From an uncultured delta proteobacterium (GTDB taxonomy: Bacteria; Desulfobacterota; Binatia; UBA9968), in assembly GCA_963816145.1 (NCBI GenBank), contig CAWFJP010000004.1, positions 256,001 through 320,000 on the forward strand: 64,000 nucleotides of DNA, read 5' to 3'. Position numbers and translations under genes: made by a program. Positions 53,240-64,000 of the stretch are shown piece after piece. The notes beneath the pieces were generated by a model. It saw only the letters and a list, made by a program, of their open reading frames with translations, made no database searches and was not told where the DNA came from. Each line of letters opens with the position of its first letter. Position 1 is the stretch's first letter.

Positions 53240-53692
53240 ATGAAACTCGACGATCTGAGGCCAGCCGCTGGCTCGAATAAGAAGCGCAAACGCGTCGGTA
53301 GAGGCGACGGCTCTGGCCATGGCAAGACTTCTTGCCGCGGACACAAAGGGCAAGGTTCGCGCTCCGGCGGTAACACCAAGCCGGGTTTTGAAGGCGGCCA
53401 GATGCCACTACAGCGGCGCCTGCCCAAGCGCGGCTTTCATAACATCTTTCGCAACGCAATGGCCGTAGTTAATTTAGCGCAGCTGGAGGCGCTCGCCGGT
53501 GTCGGCGAAATCGCCCCCGAAACCATGGCGCAACATGGCTTGATCAGCGGTAAGAACCGCCATGTGAAAGTTTTGGGCGAAGGCAATTTGACCAAGGCGC
53601 TGATGATTCGCGCCCATGGGTTTTCCGCGGGCGCCAAAGAGAAAATAGAAGCGGCCGGCGGTAAAGCGGAGTTGATCGAGCTCCATGCTTAG
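53240..53692 (+). CDS. rplO: 50S ribosomal protein L15
   Basis: GRGDGSG and FEGGQMPL motifs. Confidence 0.98.
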   Translation: MKLDDLRPAAGSNKKRKRVGRGDGSGHGKTSCRGHKGQGSRSGGNTKPGFEGGQMPLQRRLPKRGFHNIFRNAMAVVNLAQLEALAGVGEIAPETMAQHGLISGKNRHVKVLGEGNLTKALMIRAHGFSAGAKEKIEAAGGKAELIELHA

Positions 53693-54995
53693 CGGATTTC
53701 AAAACGCATCGCGGGTGCCGGAGCTGCGCCGCCGGGTGATTTTCGCCATGGCGATGCTGGCCGTCTATCGCCTTGGCGTCCATGTGCCGACGCCGGGCAT
53801 CGACCGCGCCGCCATGGCGGCGTTTTTCGAGCAGCAGAAGAATACCCTATTCGGCTTTCTCAATCTGTTTTCCGGCGGCGCGCTGGAACAATTTTCCGTT
53901 TTTTCCCTGGGCATTATGCCTTACATCAGCGCGTCGATCATTTTGCAATTGCTCACGGTCGTGTTCCCGTATCTGGAAAGGCTTTCGAAGGAAGGTGAAG
54001 TCGGCCGGCGTAAGATTACTCAATACACGCGCTACGGCACCGTGGTCCTATCGATTATCCAAGGGACCATGATTGCCATCGGCTTGGAAGGTACGCAGGG
54101 ACCCGGCGGAACGCCTTTGGTGTTAAACCCGGGATTTGCTTTCCGCTTTATGACGGTGGTTACGCTCACATCCGGCACTGCCTTTATCATGTGGTTGGGC
54201 GAGCAGATCACCGAGCGGGGCATCGGCAATGGCATGTCATTGATCATCTTCGCCGGTATTGTTGCTCGCCTGCCGTCAGCGATTTGGTCGACCTTTGAGT
54301 TCATGCGCAACGGCGAGCTCGGCCCATTGGTAGCTTTGGTGATGTTGATTCTCAGTGTCACGATCATTGGCGCGATTATTTTCGTCGAACGCGGCCAGCG
54401 GCGCATACCGGTACAATACGCCAAGCGGGTAGTCGGCCGGCGCATGTATGGCGGCATGACCTCGCACCTGCCGCTAAAAGTTAACACGGCAAATGTCATT
54501 CCGATTATCTTTGCATCGTCGGTGTTAATCTTTCCGGCGACCATGGCGCAGTTCGCCAAGCATCCGTGGATTCAAACGATTTCGGGAATGCTGGCGCCGG
54601 GCCAATGGCTCTATGAGATCGCGCAGATCTCACTGATCATCTTTTTCGCGTTTTTCTACACCGCAGTGGTGTTTAACCCGAGCGACGTGGCGGAAAATAT
54701 GAAGAAGGCCGGCGGTTACATTCCAGGCATCCGCCCTGGGCAGAAAACCGCCGAATTTATCGAGAAGGTGTTGTCGCGCATTACCTTGAGCGGGGCGGTT
54801 TATTTGTGCCTGATCGCATTGTTGCCGTCGATGTTGGTGCGGCAGTTAAACGTGCCATTTTATTTTGGTGGGACCGCCTTATTAATTGTCGTCGGCGTCG
54901 CATTGGACACTGTCGCGCAGATGGAAACCCATCTCATTAGTCGGAACTATGAAGGGTTCATGAAGCGTGGCAGGTTGCGCGGTAGAAAGGGCTAG
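53685..54995 (+). CDS. secY: Preprotein translocase subunit SecY
   Basis: LGIMPYISASII, GIGNG and IPGIRPG motifs. Confidence 0.99.
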   Translation: MLSGFQNASRVPELRRRVIFAMAMLAVYRLGVHVPTPGIDRAAMAAFFEQQKNTLFGFLNLFSGGALEQFSVFSLGIMPYISASIILQLLTVVFPYLERLSKEGEVGRRKITQYTRYGTVVLSIIQGTMIAIGLEGTQGPGGTPLVLNPGFAFRFMTVVTLTSGTAFIMWLGEQITERGIGNGMSLIIFAGIVARLPSAIWSTFEFMRNGELGPLVALVMLILSVTIIGAIIFVERGQRRIPVQYAKRVVGRRMYGGMTSHLPLKVNTANVIPIIFASSVLIFPATMAQFAKHPWIQTISGMLAPGQWLYEIAQISLIIFFAFFYTAVVFNPSDVAENMKKAGGYIPGIRPGQKTAEFIEKVLSRITLSGAVYLCLIALLPSMLVRQLNVPFYFGGTALLIVVGVALDTVAQMETHLISRNYEGFMKRGRLRGRKG

Positions 54996-54999
54996 AGAC

Positions 55000-55665
55000 T
55001 TGGCCGCTAGCGCACGTGTGGTTCTGCTCGGCCCTCCGGGAGCCGGAAAGGGCACCCAGGCGAAGTTACTCGAGCAGGAGTTTGGCGCGGTGCAAATCTC
55101 CACAGGAGATATCCTTCGAAAGGCGGTAGCCGATCAAACTCCCCTCGGTAAGCAAGCTGGGGATTTTATCACGCGCGGTGCGTTAGTTCCCGACGATGTG
55201 ATTGTCGAGCTAATCGCCGAAAGATTGCAGCAAAAGGATTGCGCCAGGGGGTTTCTGCTGGATGGTTTCCCGCGGACGATTCCGCAGGCCGAAAGCCTTG
55301 ACGCAATTCTAAAAAATTTGGCGCTGAGCCTAAACGGTGTACTGTCGGTTCAAGTGCCGAGGGAAGTTATTATCGAACGGCTGGCGGGACGGCGCACCTG
55401 TAAGCGGTGCGGTGCCCTTAGCCATGTCGTTTTTGAACCGTCAAAGCAGGCGGGGGTTTGCGACCGCTGCGGTGGTGAGCTGTTTCAGCGCGACGACGAC
55501 CGGGAAGAAACCATCGCCAACCGTCTGACGGTCTATGAAGCGCAAACGGCGCCGCTAGTGGACTATTACCGTCGCCAGGGCATGTTGCGGGAGATCGACG
55601 GTGTCGGCAGCATCAGTGATATCCGCGCCCGGGTGATGACCGCCTTAGAAGGCTTGGTGTCGTGA
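55000..55665 (+). CDS. adk: Adenylate kinase (Zn-lid type); start approximate
   Basis: GPPGAGKGTQA, LDGFPRT and CxxC...CxxC lid. Confidence 0.96.
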   Translation: MAASARVVLLGPPGAGKGTQAKLLEQEFGAVQISTGDILRKAVADQTPLGKQAGDFITRGALVPDDVIVELIAERLQQKDCARGFLLDGFPRTIPQAESLDAILKNLALSLNGVLSVQVPREVIIERLAGRRTCKRCGALSHVVFEPSKQAGVCDRCGGELFQRDDDREETIANRLTVYEAQTAPLVDYYRRQGMLREIDGVGSISDIRARVMTALEGLVS

Positions 55666-56420
55666 TTTCGCTCAAGTCGGCTCGAGAAATCGAGATCATG
55701 CGAAGCGCGAATGTCATCGTTGCCGAGGTCCTGCAAGAGCTCAAGAAGCGCGTGGCTCCAGGTATTACGACTCTGGACCTGGATGCCATTGCCGAGGAGA
55801 TGACCCTCAGCCGGAAGGCGATTCCGGCGTTCAAGGGATACAACGTCGCAGGGCGGGTTTATCCGCGCTGCTTATGTGCTTCGATCAATGACGAGATCGT
55901 CCATGGCATCCCGTCAAACCGCCCCTTGCGTGAAGGCGACATCGTCGGACTGGACTACGGCGTCATCTACGACGGCTTCTATGGCGACGCCGCAATGACT
56001 GTCGCGGTCGGCAAGGTGAGCGCGGCGGCGCAAAGGTTGATGGACGTGACCGAGAAGTCGCTCTATGCCGGAATCGAGCAGCTCCATGAGGGCAAACGCT
56101 TGGGCGATCTCGGCGCCGCGGTGCAAAAGGTTGCAGAGGATGCGGGTTATTCTGTTGTCCGCGCCTTTGTCGGCCATGGAATCGGCAAAAAGCTCCATGA
56201 AGAGCCGCCGGTGCCGAACTATGGCGAGAAGGACCGCGGCCTGCGATTGAAGGAAGGCATGGTGCTGGCGGTTGAGCCGATGGTAAACGTCGGCAGTTAC
56301 GAAGTCGAAATTAAAGAAGATGGTTGGACCGCAGTGACCAAAGATGGTAGCTTAGCGGCCCATTTCGAGCATTCGATAGCGATTACAAAGAATGGCCCGT
56401 ATATTTTGAGTCAACTTTAG
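55662..56420 (+). CDS. map: Methionine aminopeptidase type I
   Basis: HGIP, GHGIG...HEEP and AHFEH motifs. Confidence 0.98.
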   Translation: MISLKSAREIEIMRSANVIVAEVLQELKKRVAPGITTLDLDAIAEEMTLSRKAIPAFKGYNVAGRVYPRCLCASINDEIVHGIPSNRPLREGDIVGLDYGVIYDGFYGDAAMTVAVGKVSAAAQRLMDVTEKSLYAGIEQLHEGKRLGDLGAAVQKVAEDAGYSVVRAFVGHGIGKKLHEEPPVPNYGEKDRGLRLKEGMVLAVEPMVNVGSYEVEIKEDGWTAVTKDGSLAAHFEHSIAITKNGPYILSQL

Positions 56421-56460
56421 CGCTTAGGAGAGACAACCGTAGAGGAAACCCGATTTAGCT

Positions 56461-56679
56461 ATGGCAAAACAAGACGCCATCGAAGTCACCGGTACAGTGC
56501 TAGAGACTTTACCCAATGCGATGTTTCGGGTGGAGTTGGAAAACGGCCATAAAGTGTTGGCCCATATATCGGGGAAAATGCGCATGCACTACATCAAAAT
56601 TTTGCCGGGAGACAAAGTGAAGATCGAGCTGTCTCCCTACGATTTGGCGCGCGGACGCATCGTTTTCCGCGAGCGCTAG
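56461..56679 (+). CDS. infA: Translation initiation factor IF-1
   Basis: LPNAMF, SGKMR and SPYDL motifs. Confidence 0.99.
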   Translation: MAKQDAIEVTGTVLETLPNAMFRVELENGHKVLAHISGKMRMHYIKILPGDKVKIELSPYDLARGRIVFRER

Positions 56680-56693
56680 CAAGAGGGGTAATC

Positions 56694-56807
56694 GTGAAGG
56701 TTAGAGCGTCTGTCAAAAAGATTTGCAACAAATGCAAAGTGATTCGCCGTAAGGGCGTGGTGCGGGTGCTGTGCGAAAACACCAAGCACAAACAACGCCA
56801 AGGCTAG
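56694..56807 (+). CDS. rpmJ: 50S ribosomal protein L36 (Zn form; not in ORF track)
   Basis: GTG start; [37 protein letters not shown]. Confidence 0.97.
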   Translation: MKVRASVKKICNKCKVIRRKGVVRVLCENTKHKQRQG

Positions 56808-56876
56808 TTCGGATTACGCTTTTTGGTCTAATTGTAACCGCGCCAGCGCAAGGTTGAGCGCGCTAGGGAGTGAAAT

Positions 56877-57260
56877 ATGGCACGTATCGCAGGGGTTGAC
56901 TTACCGAGGGCCAAACGGATGGAAATCGCGCTGACTTATGTTTACGGCATTGGCCGCAGCACGTCGCGCGATATTCTGACGGCTGCCGGGGTTTCTTTGG
57001 ATTTGCGCAGCGACGATTTGAGCGACGACGATGTCGCGAAAATTCGTCAGGTGCTCGATCAGAGCTACAAAGTCGAAGGCGATCTGCGCCGCGAGGTGAC
57101 TGGCAATATCAAACGGCACTTGGACATGGGTTCTTACCGCGGTCTACGCCATCGCAAGAATTTACCGGTGCGTGGCCAGCGTACCCATACCAACGCGCGC
57201 ACCCGCAAGGGGCCGCGCAAAACCGTCGCCGGCAAAAAAACCGCGCCGTCCAAGGGTTAA
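56877..57260 (+). CDS. rpsM: 30S ribosomal protein S13
   Basis: ARIAGV and PVRGQRT motifs. Confidence 0.98.
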   Translation: MARIAGVDLPRAKRMEIALTYVYGIGRSTSRDILTAAGVSLDLRSDDLSDDDVAKIRQVLDQSYKVEGDLRREVTGNIKRHLDMGSYRGLRHRKNLPVRGQRTHTNARTRKGPRKTVAGKKTAPSKG

Positions 57261-57279
57261 TATAAGTTAGGAGAATGTC

Positions 57280-57723
57280 ATGGCAGATGCTGCGGATGAA
57301 AAGAAGAGCGAAGCGCCGGCGGGCGATGCCAAAGCCGTTGACAAGGCGGCGGCCCGCAAACGGCGCGGCCGCAAGAATATTGCCGAGGGTGTGGTGCATA
57401 TCCATTCCACTTTCAATAACACCATCGTGACGATCTCGGATTATCAGGGCAATGTGATCTCCTGGTCGAGCGCCGGCGCGATGGGTTTCAAAGGCTCGCG
57501 CAAAGGCACCCCGTTCGCGGCCCAGCAGGCCGCCGATAGCGCCGCCAAGAAAGCCATGGATCATGGCTTACGCACGGTACAAATCTATGTCCGCGGCCCC
57601 GGCGCAGGACGCGAGTCGGCGCTGCGCGCGCTGCAGTCGGCGGGTATAAGCATCAGTCTGATCAAAGACGTTACGCCGATCCCGCACAACGGTTGCCGCC
57701 CGCCCAAGCGGCGGCGGGTCTGA
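57280..57723 (+). CDS. rpsK: 30S ribosomal protein S11
   Basis: STFNNT and [14 protein letters not shown] motifs. Confidence 0.98.
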   Translation: MADAADEKKSEAPAGDAKAVDKAAARKRRGRKNIAEGVVHIHSTFNNTIVTISDYQGNVISWSSAGAMGFKGSRKGTPFAAQQAADSAAKKAMDHGLRTVQIYVRGPGAGRESALRALQSAGISISLIKDVTPIPHNGCRPPKRRRV

Positions 57724-57744
57724 TTTTTAGAGGAGGAAGCAGGT

Positions 57745-58371
57745 TTGGCTAGATATATAGAATCCGTGTGCCGCCTTTGCCGGCGCGAGAATCTTAAGCT
57801 CTTTCTAAAGGGCGAGCGTTGTTATACCGACAAGTGCGCCATTGAGCGGCGCACCTACCCGCCAGGGCAACATGGCCAAGGGCGGCCGAAATTTTCGGAG
57901 TACAGCATTCAGCTGCGTGAAAAGCAAAAAGTAAAGCGCATGTACGGCCTATTGGAAAACCAATTTCGCCGCACGTTTGCTGAAGCGGCGCGCACCAAAG
58001 GCATCACCGGCGAGACCCTGCTGGTGCTGCTTGAACGCCGCCTTGACAACGTCGCCTTTCGGATGGGCTTCGCCAGCTCGAGAGCTGAAGCACGCACGCT
58101 GGTGCGCCATGGCCACATCTTGGTGAACGGCAAGAAGGTGAATATCCCATCCTATACGGTTCGCGTCGCCGATGTGATTTCCGTTAAGGAGCCGAGCCGG
58201 CAGATCACCCGGGTGATGTCGGCGTTGGAAGGCTCGCAACGGCGCGGTGTACCCGATTGGGCAGAAGTCGACCGCGAAGCGTTTAGCGGGCGCATCAAGA
58301 TCCTGCCCACGCGCAGCGATATCACCATGCCGATCAACGAAAAACTGATCGTAGAATTGTATTCGAAATAG
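57745..58371 (+). CDS. rpsD: 30S ribosomal protein S4 (Zn form)
   Basis: CRLCRRE...CYTDKC, LERRLDN and ELYSK motifs; TTG start. Confidence 0.98.
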   Translation: MARYIESVCRLCRRENLKLFLKGERCYTDKCAIERRTYPPGQHGQGRPKFSEYSIQLREKQKVKRMYGLLENQFRRTFAEAARTKGITGETLLVLLERRLDNVAFRMGFASSRAEARTLVRHGHILVNGKKVNIPSYTVRVADVISVKEPSRQITRVMSALEGSQRRGVPDWAEVDREAFSGRIKILPTRSDITMPINEKLIVELYSK

Positions 58372-58393
58372 GTTTCGAATCTTGGGAGACGAT

Positions 58394-59416
58394 ATGTCGA
58401 CAATGTACAAGCATTGGACGGAGCTGATCAAACCCAAACAGTTGGAGGTGGAAGAGCGAACTCTGACCGCGACGTTTGGCCGTTTTACGGCGGAACCGTT
58501 CGAGCGCGGGTTCGGTCAAACCATCGGCAACTCGGTGCGCCGGATTCTTTTATCCTCGCTGATGGGCGCCTCCATTGTTGCGGTCCGCATCAAGGGCGTT
58601 TTGCACGAATTCTCCACGGTGGCCGGGGTCACCGAAGATGTTGCCGAAATTATTCTAAACTTAAAAGAAGTTCGCCTGCGGCTGAACGAGGGCGAACAAG
58701 CAACGCTGAAGATCGATGCCAAAGGCCCGGGTGTCGTGTGCGCCAAGGATATTAGCGGGTCGGCGGCGGTCGATATTCTCAATCCCGAGCACAAGATCGC
58801 GACCCTATCGCGCGACGGCAAACTCGATATGGAATTGTTGGTCAAGCTCGGCCGTGGCTATGTGCCGGCAGAGCGCAACAAAGAAGAGAACGCGCCGGTG
58901 GACACGATCTTTATCGATGCGATCTTTTCGCCGGTGCTGAAGGTCAACTTCACGGTCTCCAACGCGCGGGTCGGTCAGCGCACCGACTACGACCGCTTGG
59001 TGTTCGATGTGCACACCGACGGCAGCGTCAAGCCCGACGATGCCATGGCCTACGCGGCGAAGATTTTGCAGGATCAGGTCAGCATCTTTGTCAACTTCCA
59101 AGACGAACCGCGGCCCGAGAAGCGCGACGACGGTCCGTCGATTCCGCTCAACGAAAATCTGTTTCGCTCCGTCGATGAGCTGGAGTTTTCGGTGCGCTCG
59201 CAAAACTGCTTGCAGAACGCCGACATCAAATACATCGGTGAGCTGGTGCAAAAGAGCGAACAAGAAATGCTCCGGACGAAAAATTTTGGCCATAAATCTT
59301 TGAACGAGATCAAAGAAATCCTGCGCGAGATGGGACTGGAGCTGGGGATGAAAGTGGATCACTTTCCGACACGCGCCGAAATCGAAGCCCGCAAGCGCGA
59401 AATTACCAAGGAGTAG
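58394..59416 (+). CDS. rpoA: RNA polymerase alpha subunit
   Basis: [17 protein letters not shown] and alpha-[11 protein letters not shown]; ATG after GGGAG. Confidence 0.98.
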   Translation: MSTMYKHWTELIKPKQLEVEERTLTATFGRFTAEPFERGFGQTIGNSVRRILLSSLMGASIVAVRIKGVLHEFSTVAGVTEDVAEIILNLKEVRLRLNEGEQATLKIDAKGPGVVCAKDISGSAAVDILNPEHKIATLSRDGKLDMELLVKLGRGYVPAERNKEENAPVDTIFIDAIFSPVLKVNFTVSNARVGQRTDYDRLVFDVHTDGSVKPDDAMAYAAKILQDQVSIFVNFQDEPRPEKRDDGPSIPLNENLFRSVDELEFSVRSQNCLQNADIKYIGELVQKSEQEMLRTKNFGHKSLNEIKEILREMGLELGMKVDHFPTRAEIEARKREITKE

Positions 59417-59425
59417 CTTGAAGCC

Positions 59426-59875
59426 ATGCGTCATCTAAAATCCGGCCGGCAACTAAGCCGTAATTCCAGCCACCGCTGGGCGTTGATGCGCAATCTGATT
59501 ACCGCGCTGTTGCGCGAGGAAAAGATTCAAACCACCGATCCTAAGGCAAAAGAACTGCGCCGTTGGGTCGATCGGGTCATCACCCTCGGCAAGCGCGGCG
59601 ACTTGCACGCGCGCCGTCAGGCGGCGGCCATCATTTTCGATAAGGCTGTGGTCAAGAAACTTTTCGATACCATCGGACCGCGCTTCAAAGACCGCCCCGG
59701 CGGTTTCACCAGAATCATCAAGTTGGGGATTCGCCATGGGGATGCCGCGCAGATGGCTTTGATTGAGTTGGTTGGCGGCGAAGCGAGCGCCGAGGCTTCT
59801 TCCGGGGGCGCCAAAAAAGGCCGCCGCGCGCGCCGCCGCGAACGCGAGCAACAGCAACAGGTGGCAGCCGCTTAG
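59426..59875 (+). CDS. rplQ: 50S ribosomal protein L17
   Basis: [11 protein letters not shown] and GDAA motifs. Confidence 0.98.
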   Translation: MRHLKSGRQLSRNSSHRWALMRNLITALLREEKIQTTDPKAKELRRWVDRVITLGKRGDLHARRQAAAIIFDKAVVKKLFDTIGPRFKDRPGGFTRIIKLGIRHGDAAQMALIELVGGEASAEASSGGAKKGRRARRREREQQQQVAAA

Positions 59876-59903
59876 TCCGCTTGTCAAAATTGACCGTCGT
59901 GAG

Positions 59904-59943
59904 CAACAGCCCGCTAGAATCCAGTTGATTCAGCGGGCTGTTG
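59904..59943 (+). terminator. Long hairpin closing the ribosomal cluster
   Basis: CAACAGCCCGCT-A-GAATC-CAGTT-GATTC-AGCGGGCTGTTG; no clear U tract. Confidence 0.55.
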
Positions 59944-60119
59944 TCGTCTCGAGTCTTCCAGCGACCTGTGCAAGTCGGCATGTTTAAATTTTCCCCGGTC
60001 TTTGGTTTTGTCAAAATTTTCCTTCAGTGTAATCTGTGAACGGCTGGAGTTTGTTCGTAACCAATGATCCGAGGCGGTTTACCGCCTGGGCATGAACCAA
60101 CAAATAAAAATCCAGTGGA

Positions 60120-61034
60120 GTGGATGAACGCGTGAACCCGATAGGCGCTTTTTCAAATCTTGAGTCCGAGTCCATCGAGATCTTCCGTGAAGTGGCGGCA
60201 ACGGCGGCTCGTCCGGTGATGCTTTACTCCATTGGCAAGGATTCTTCCGTTATGCTGCGTTTGGCGCAGAAGGCGTTTTACCCTGGGCCGATTCCCTTTC
60301 CATTGCTGCATATAGATACCGGCTGGAAATTTCGCGAGATGATTGCGTTCCGCGACCGTATCTCCAAGGAAATTGGCCTTCGGCTGATTGCTTATACCAA
60401 CCCGCGCGGCGCCGCCGAGGGGATCGGTCCATTCAGCCATGGGTCTGCCTATCATACGGATGTCATGAAGACCGAAGCGCTCAAACAAGCGCTCGACCTG
60501 CACGGCTTTGACGTCGCTTTCGGCGGTGCACGGCGCGACGAGGAGAAATCGCGGGCGAAAGAAAGAGTTTTTTCCTTTCGCGCGCCGGGCCATCGTTGGG
60601 AGCCCAAAGCGCAGCGGCCCGAGCTGTGGAATCTATACAACACGCGGGTCAATCCCGGCGAAACTATCCGTGTCTTCCCCTTGTCCAACTGGACCGAGGC
60701 CGATATCTGGGGCTACATCCAGCAAGAGCAGATTCCCATCGTGCCGCTATATTTCGCCGCTAAACGTCCGGTGGTTAAGCGTTACGGCCAATGGATTATG
60801 GTCGACGACGAACGCCTGCCGCTCGAACCGGGCGAGTCGGCGCAGCTATTGATGGTGCGTTTCCGCACCCTCGGCTGTTATCCGTTGACGGCGGCGGTGG
60901 AAAGCACGGCGATCACTCTCGACGAGATCGTCGCTGAAACTCTCGGCGCGACGACCTCGGAGCGCCAGGGCCGAGTGATCGACCATGACGGCGCCGGCTC
61001 CATGGAGCGAAAAAAGCAGGAGGGCTATTTCTAA
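60120..61034 (+). CDS. cysD: Sulfate adenylyltransferase subunit 2
   Basis: [29 protein letters not shown] and KQEGYF motifs. Confidence 0.97.
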   Translation: MDERVNPIGAFSNLESESIEIFREVAATAARPVMLYSIGKDSSVMLRLAQKAFYPGPIPFPLLHIDTGWKFREMIAFRDRISKEIGLRLIAYTNPRGAAEGIGPFSHGSAYHTDVMKTEALKQALDLHGFDVAFGGARRDEEKSRAKERVFSFRAPGHRWEPKAQRPELWNLYNTRVNPGETIRVFPLSNWTEADIWGYIQQEQIPIVPLYFAAKRPVVKRYGQWIMVDDERLPLEPGESAQLLMVRFRTLGCYPLTAAVESTAITLDEIVAETLGATTSERQGRVIDHDGAGSMERKKQEGYF

Positions 61035-61035
61035 C

Positions 61036-62862
61036 ATGGACCTGCTGCGCTTCATCACCTGCGGTAGCGTCGACGACGGCAAGTCGACGCTCATTGGCCG
61101 CCTGCTCTTTGAGACCAAATTAATCTTTGAAGATCAGCTCGAAGCGCTCAAGGCCGATTCCAAAAAGTACGGCACCCAGGGCGAACGGCTTGACTTCGCG
61201 TTGCTGGTCGACGGCTTGCAGGCGGAACGGGAGCAGGGCATTACCATCGATGTCGCCTACCGGTTTTTCGCCACGCCCAAGCGGCGCTTCATCGTTGCCG
61301 ATACGCCGGGTCACGAACAGTACACCCGCAACATGGCTACCGGCGCATCGACAGCACAGGCAGCCGTACTGCTCATCGACGCGCGTAAAGGCGTGCTGAC
61401 TCAGACCAAGCGGCACAGCCGAATTGTCGCCATGCTCGGCATTCGCCATGTTGTTTTGGCGATCAACAAAATGGACATGGTAGACTGGTCGCAGACGGTC
61501 TGCGGCGAAATCGATCAGGAGTTTCGCGCCTTCGCGCAGGATTTAAACTTCGCGACGATCACGTCGATTCCGCTCTCGGCGCTCGAAGGCACCAACGTCG
61601 TTGAGTCCGGCCAAACTTCGATGCCGTGGTATGCCGGACCTAGCCTTTTACAATGGCTCGAAACCGTAGAGCCCGAGGACGCCGCAGTGACCCGCCCCTT
61701 CGCCATGCCGGTACAGTGGGTCAACCGGCCCCATTTGGATTTCCGCGGTTTCTCCGGCCGCATCGCCAGCGGCAGCGTGCAGCCGGGCGATCCGGTGCGC
61801 ATCAGCCCGTCGGGCGTCCGCAGCCGGATTAAAGCTATTTCGGTCTGGGGTGGAGATCAGCTCAAAGCGGACAGCGGCGAATCAGTTACTCTTGTGCTTG
61901 AAGACGAAGTCGATGCCAGCCGCGGCGATGTCGTCGCCGCGGCGACCCATCCAGTCGAGGCCGCCGACCAATTCGAAGCCGATCTTCTGTGGATGAGCGA
62001 GCATGCGCTTCTGCCCGGCCGCTCCTACGCCGCCTTGATTCACAGCAAAGCCGCGAGCGTGACGATCACCGACATCAAACACCAACTCGACATCAACAGC
62101 GGCGCCCGCCTGGCAGCGAAGAGCTTGGCGCTGAACGAGATCGCCACGGTCAATGTGAGCTTCGACCGCGTAGTTCCCTTCGCGCCCTACCGAGAGAACA
62201 AGCGCTTGGGTTCGTTTATCGTCATAGACAAGCTGACCAACGAGACTGTCGGTGCGGGCATCCTACACTTCGCCCTGCGGCGCTCCGTCAACGTTCACTG
62301 GCAGGCCATTGAAGTGTCCAAAACGGCGCGTGCAGTGATGAAGCAGCAACGCGCCCGCTGTCTGTGGTTCACCGGACTGTCTGGCTCCGGCAAATCGACC
62401 ATCGCCAATTTACTAGAGAAACGGCTGCACGCAGCCGGCAAACACACCTATATCCTCGACGGCGACAACGTGCGCCACGGGCTTAACCGAGATCTTGGAT
62501 TCACTGAAGTTGATCGGGTCGAAAACATTCGGCGCGTCGCCGAAGTCGCCCGGCTCATGGTCGACGCCGGCTTGATCGTCATCGTGGCCTTCATCTCGCC
62601 GTTCCGAACCGATCGCGACACTGCGCGCAACCTGCTTAACCGCGGTGAATTCATTGAAGTTTACGTCGACACCCCGCTCGACGAATGCGAACGGCGCGAC
62701 GTCAAAGGTCTCTATGCTAAAGCCCGGCGCGGTGAACTCAAAAACTTCACCGGCATCGACAGCGCCTACGAGCCGCCGGAGGCGGCGGAGATCCACCTGC
62801 AAACCCTCGGTGCCTCGCCGGAGGTCTGCGTGGATCGGATTGTGGCGTGGCTGCGGTCGTAG
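61036..62862 (+). CDS. cysNC: Bifunctional sulfate adenylyltransferase subunit 1 / APS kinase (CysNC, NodQ-type)
   Basis: GSVDDGKST and DTPGH GTPase motifs; C-terminal [17 protein letters not shown] and FTGIDS. Confidence 0.96.
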   Translation: MDLLRFITCGSVDDGKSTLIGRLLFETKLIFEDQLEALKADSKKYGTQGERLDFALLVDGLQAEREQGITIDVAYRFFATPKRRFIVADTPGHEQYTRNMATGASTAQAAVLLIDARKGVLTQTKRHSRIVAMLGIRHVVLAINKMDMVDWSQTVCGEIDQEFRAFAQDLNFATITSIPLSALEGTNVVESGQTSMPWYAGPSLLQWLETVEPEDAAVTRPFAMPVQWVNRPHLDFRGFSGRIASGSVQPGDPVRISPSGVRSRIKAISVWGGDQLKADSGESVTLVLEDEVDASRGDVVAAATHPVEAADQFEADLLWMSEHALLPGRSYAALIHSKAASVTITDIKHQLDINSGARLAAKSLALNEIATVNVSFDRVVPFAPYRENKRLGSFIVIDKLTNETVGAGILHFALRRSVNVHWQAIEVSKTARAVMKQQRARCLWFTGLSGSGKSTIANLLEKRLHAAGKHTYILDGDNVRHGLNRDLGFTEVDRVENIRRVAEVARLMVDAGLIVIVAFISPFRTDRDTARNLLNRGEFIEVYVDTPLDECERRDVKGLYAKARRGELKNFTGIDSAYEPPEAAEIHLQTLGASPEVCVDRIVAWLRS

Positions 62863-63100
62863 TGTTGCAATGCAGGATCAGAAAGCATCAGATAGCCTGA
62901 GTTTGACGGATACCAACTCTATCTGCTCCGGGCGATGGTCAAGTCCCAATTCTTACGTCCATTGAGCAAAAGCAGATTATCCCAACTCTAACTTTAGGGT
63001 TATTTCTGCTGTAATGCGGCCGCCGCGGTCTTGGGGTTGTCGCTTTCAGAGGCAGCAGTCCCGTCTTTAGTTCATTTGGCAGTCGTGATAGGTAATCGCC

Positions 63101-63481
63101 GTGGCGGAAAATGGCACTGGCGTGTTGCGCCGTTCGCTTAACGATTTCCTGTCGTTTCAGCTCGACGAAGCGGCGCTGGATCGTTTGACCTGGCGCGACT
63201 TCGGCAATGGGCTGGGGATGTCGCGCTTGGCGCGGCAGGGCAAGCGCGAGTTGGTGCTCTACCGTATCGCCGCGGACGCTTCGTCCGACGCGTTTCTCAA
63301 GCACGAGCATTTGGGCGGTGAGTTTTATCTGGTGCTCAAGGGCAAGATCGGCGATGAGACCGGCGAGTACGAAACTGGCGACGTGGTATTTCTCGATCCC
63401 CAGTCGGTGCATACGCCGCGAGCGATCGGCGAGACCGTTGTTCTGGTTTTGTGGCCGGCCGGGGTGCGGTTGGTGGACTGA
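63101..63481 (+). CDS. Cupin-domain protein (ChrR/cupin_7-like)
   Basis: HEHLGGEFYLVLKG and GDVVF...SVHTP motifs. Confidence 0.8.
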   Translation: MAENGTGVLRRSLNDFLSFQLDEAALDRLTWRDFGNGLGMSRLARQGKRELVLYRIAADASSDAFLKHEHLGGEFYLVLKGKIGDETGEYETGDVVFLDPQSVHTPRAIGETVVLVLWPAGVRLVD

Positions 63482-63607
63482 GCCGCGACTAACGAATAGA
63501 TACGGAATCGGATGATTAACCGCAAAGCGCGCAAAAAATGAGTTGAAAACTAAAGGCAGCCCATTGTGGTTGTTCTGCTAAATGTATTGTTCTTACAGGG
63601 AGGCAAC

Positions 63608-64000
63608 ATGGCAAATTTAGGATTCATCGGCACCGGCGGCATGGGTAGCGGCATGGCCGCCAACTTGATCAAGGCGGGCCATAAACTGACCGTCACCGAT
63701 CTGCGCCGCGAGCAGAGCAAAGGCTTGGAAAGTCAGGGCGCGGTCTTCAAAGACTCACCCAAGGCGGTGGCGGAATCTTGCGACGTGGTTTGTTCGATGT
63801 TGCCTTACAACCAAGCGGTGCAAGCCGTCGGTTTGGGCAAAGGCGGATTGCACGAAGCGGCCAGCGGCGCCAAGACCTGGATCGATTTCAGCAGCATCGA
63901 CAAGAAGACCATCGTCGGCGTCGATGCCGAGCTCAGCAAAAAGGGCTGGACGATACTCGACGGCTCAGCGGGCGGCGTTGAAGAGGCGGCGGCGGCCGGC
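63608..64000 (+). CDS. NAD(P)-dependent oxidoreductase, 3-hydroxyisobutyrate/6-phosphogluconate dehydrogenase family (3' truncated; not in ORF track)
   Basis: MANLGFIGTGGMGSGMAANLIKAGH after GGGAGG; frame stays open to the window end. Confidence 0.88.
   Translation, partial: MANLGFIGTGGMGSGMAANLIKAGHKLTVTDLRREQSKGLESQGAVFKDSPKAVAESCDVVCSMLPYNQAVQAVGLGKGGLHEAASGAKTWIDFSSIDKKTIVGVDAELSKKGWTILDGSAGGVEEAAAAG

Overview
GC-rich bacterial chromosomal window. A Deltaproteobacteria-like origin, possibly Ca. Binatia/Binatota, is inferred only from gene content and protein style. About 1-10 kb is accessory: the 3' end of an assimilatory-type nitrate reductase, cobA, a sigma54-promoted beta-barrel porin, an ArnT-like glycosyltransferase, two orphan Bug/TctC solute-binding proteins, a PrdB/GrdB-like selenoprotein that the ORF track splits at an in-frame UGA (U-x-x-C plus a SECIS-like hairpin), and a secreted esterase frameshifted in a T8 run. 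About 10-28 kb is housekeeping: yggS, yggT, yhaM-like, an ALDH, rph, rdgB, tig-clpP-clpX-lon, rplM-rpsI, lptFG, rlmB and tRNAs. About 28-60 kb is one co-oriented tRNA/tuf/rif/str/S10/spc/alpha super-cluster that lacks rpmD and the str-linked tuf. The window ends with cysD-cysNC, a cupin and a partial NAD(P)-dependent dehydrogenase. There are 12 tRNAs, and no CRISPR array, integrase or transposase was seen. The strongest lead is the hidden selenoprotein with no PrdA/GrdE partner in view, its neighbourhood, and an upstream SD-AUG-GUC-UGA minigene.
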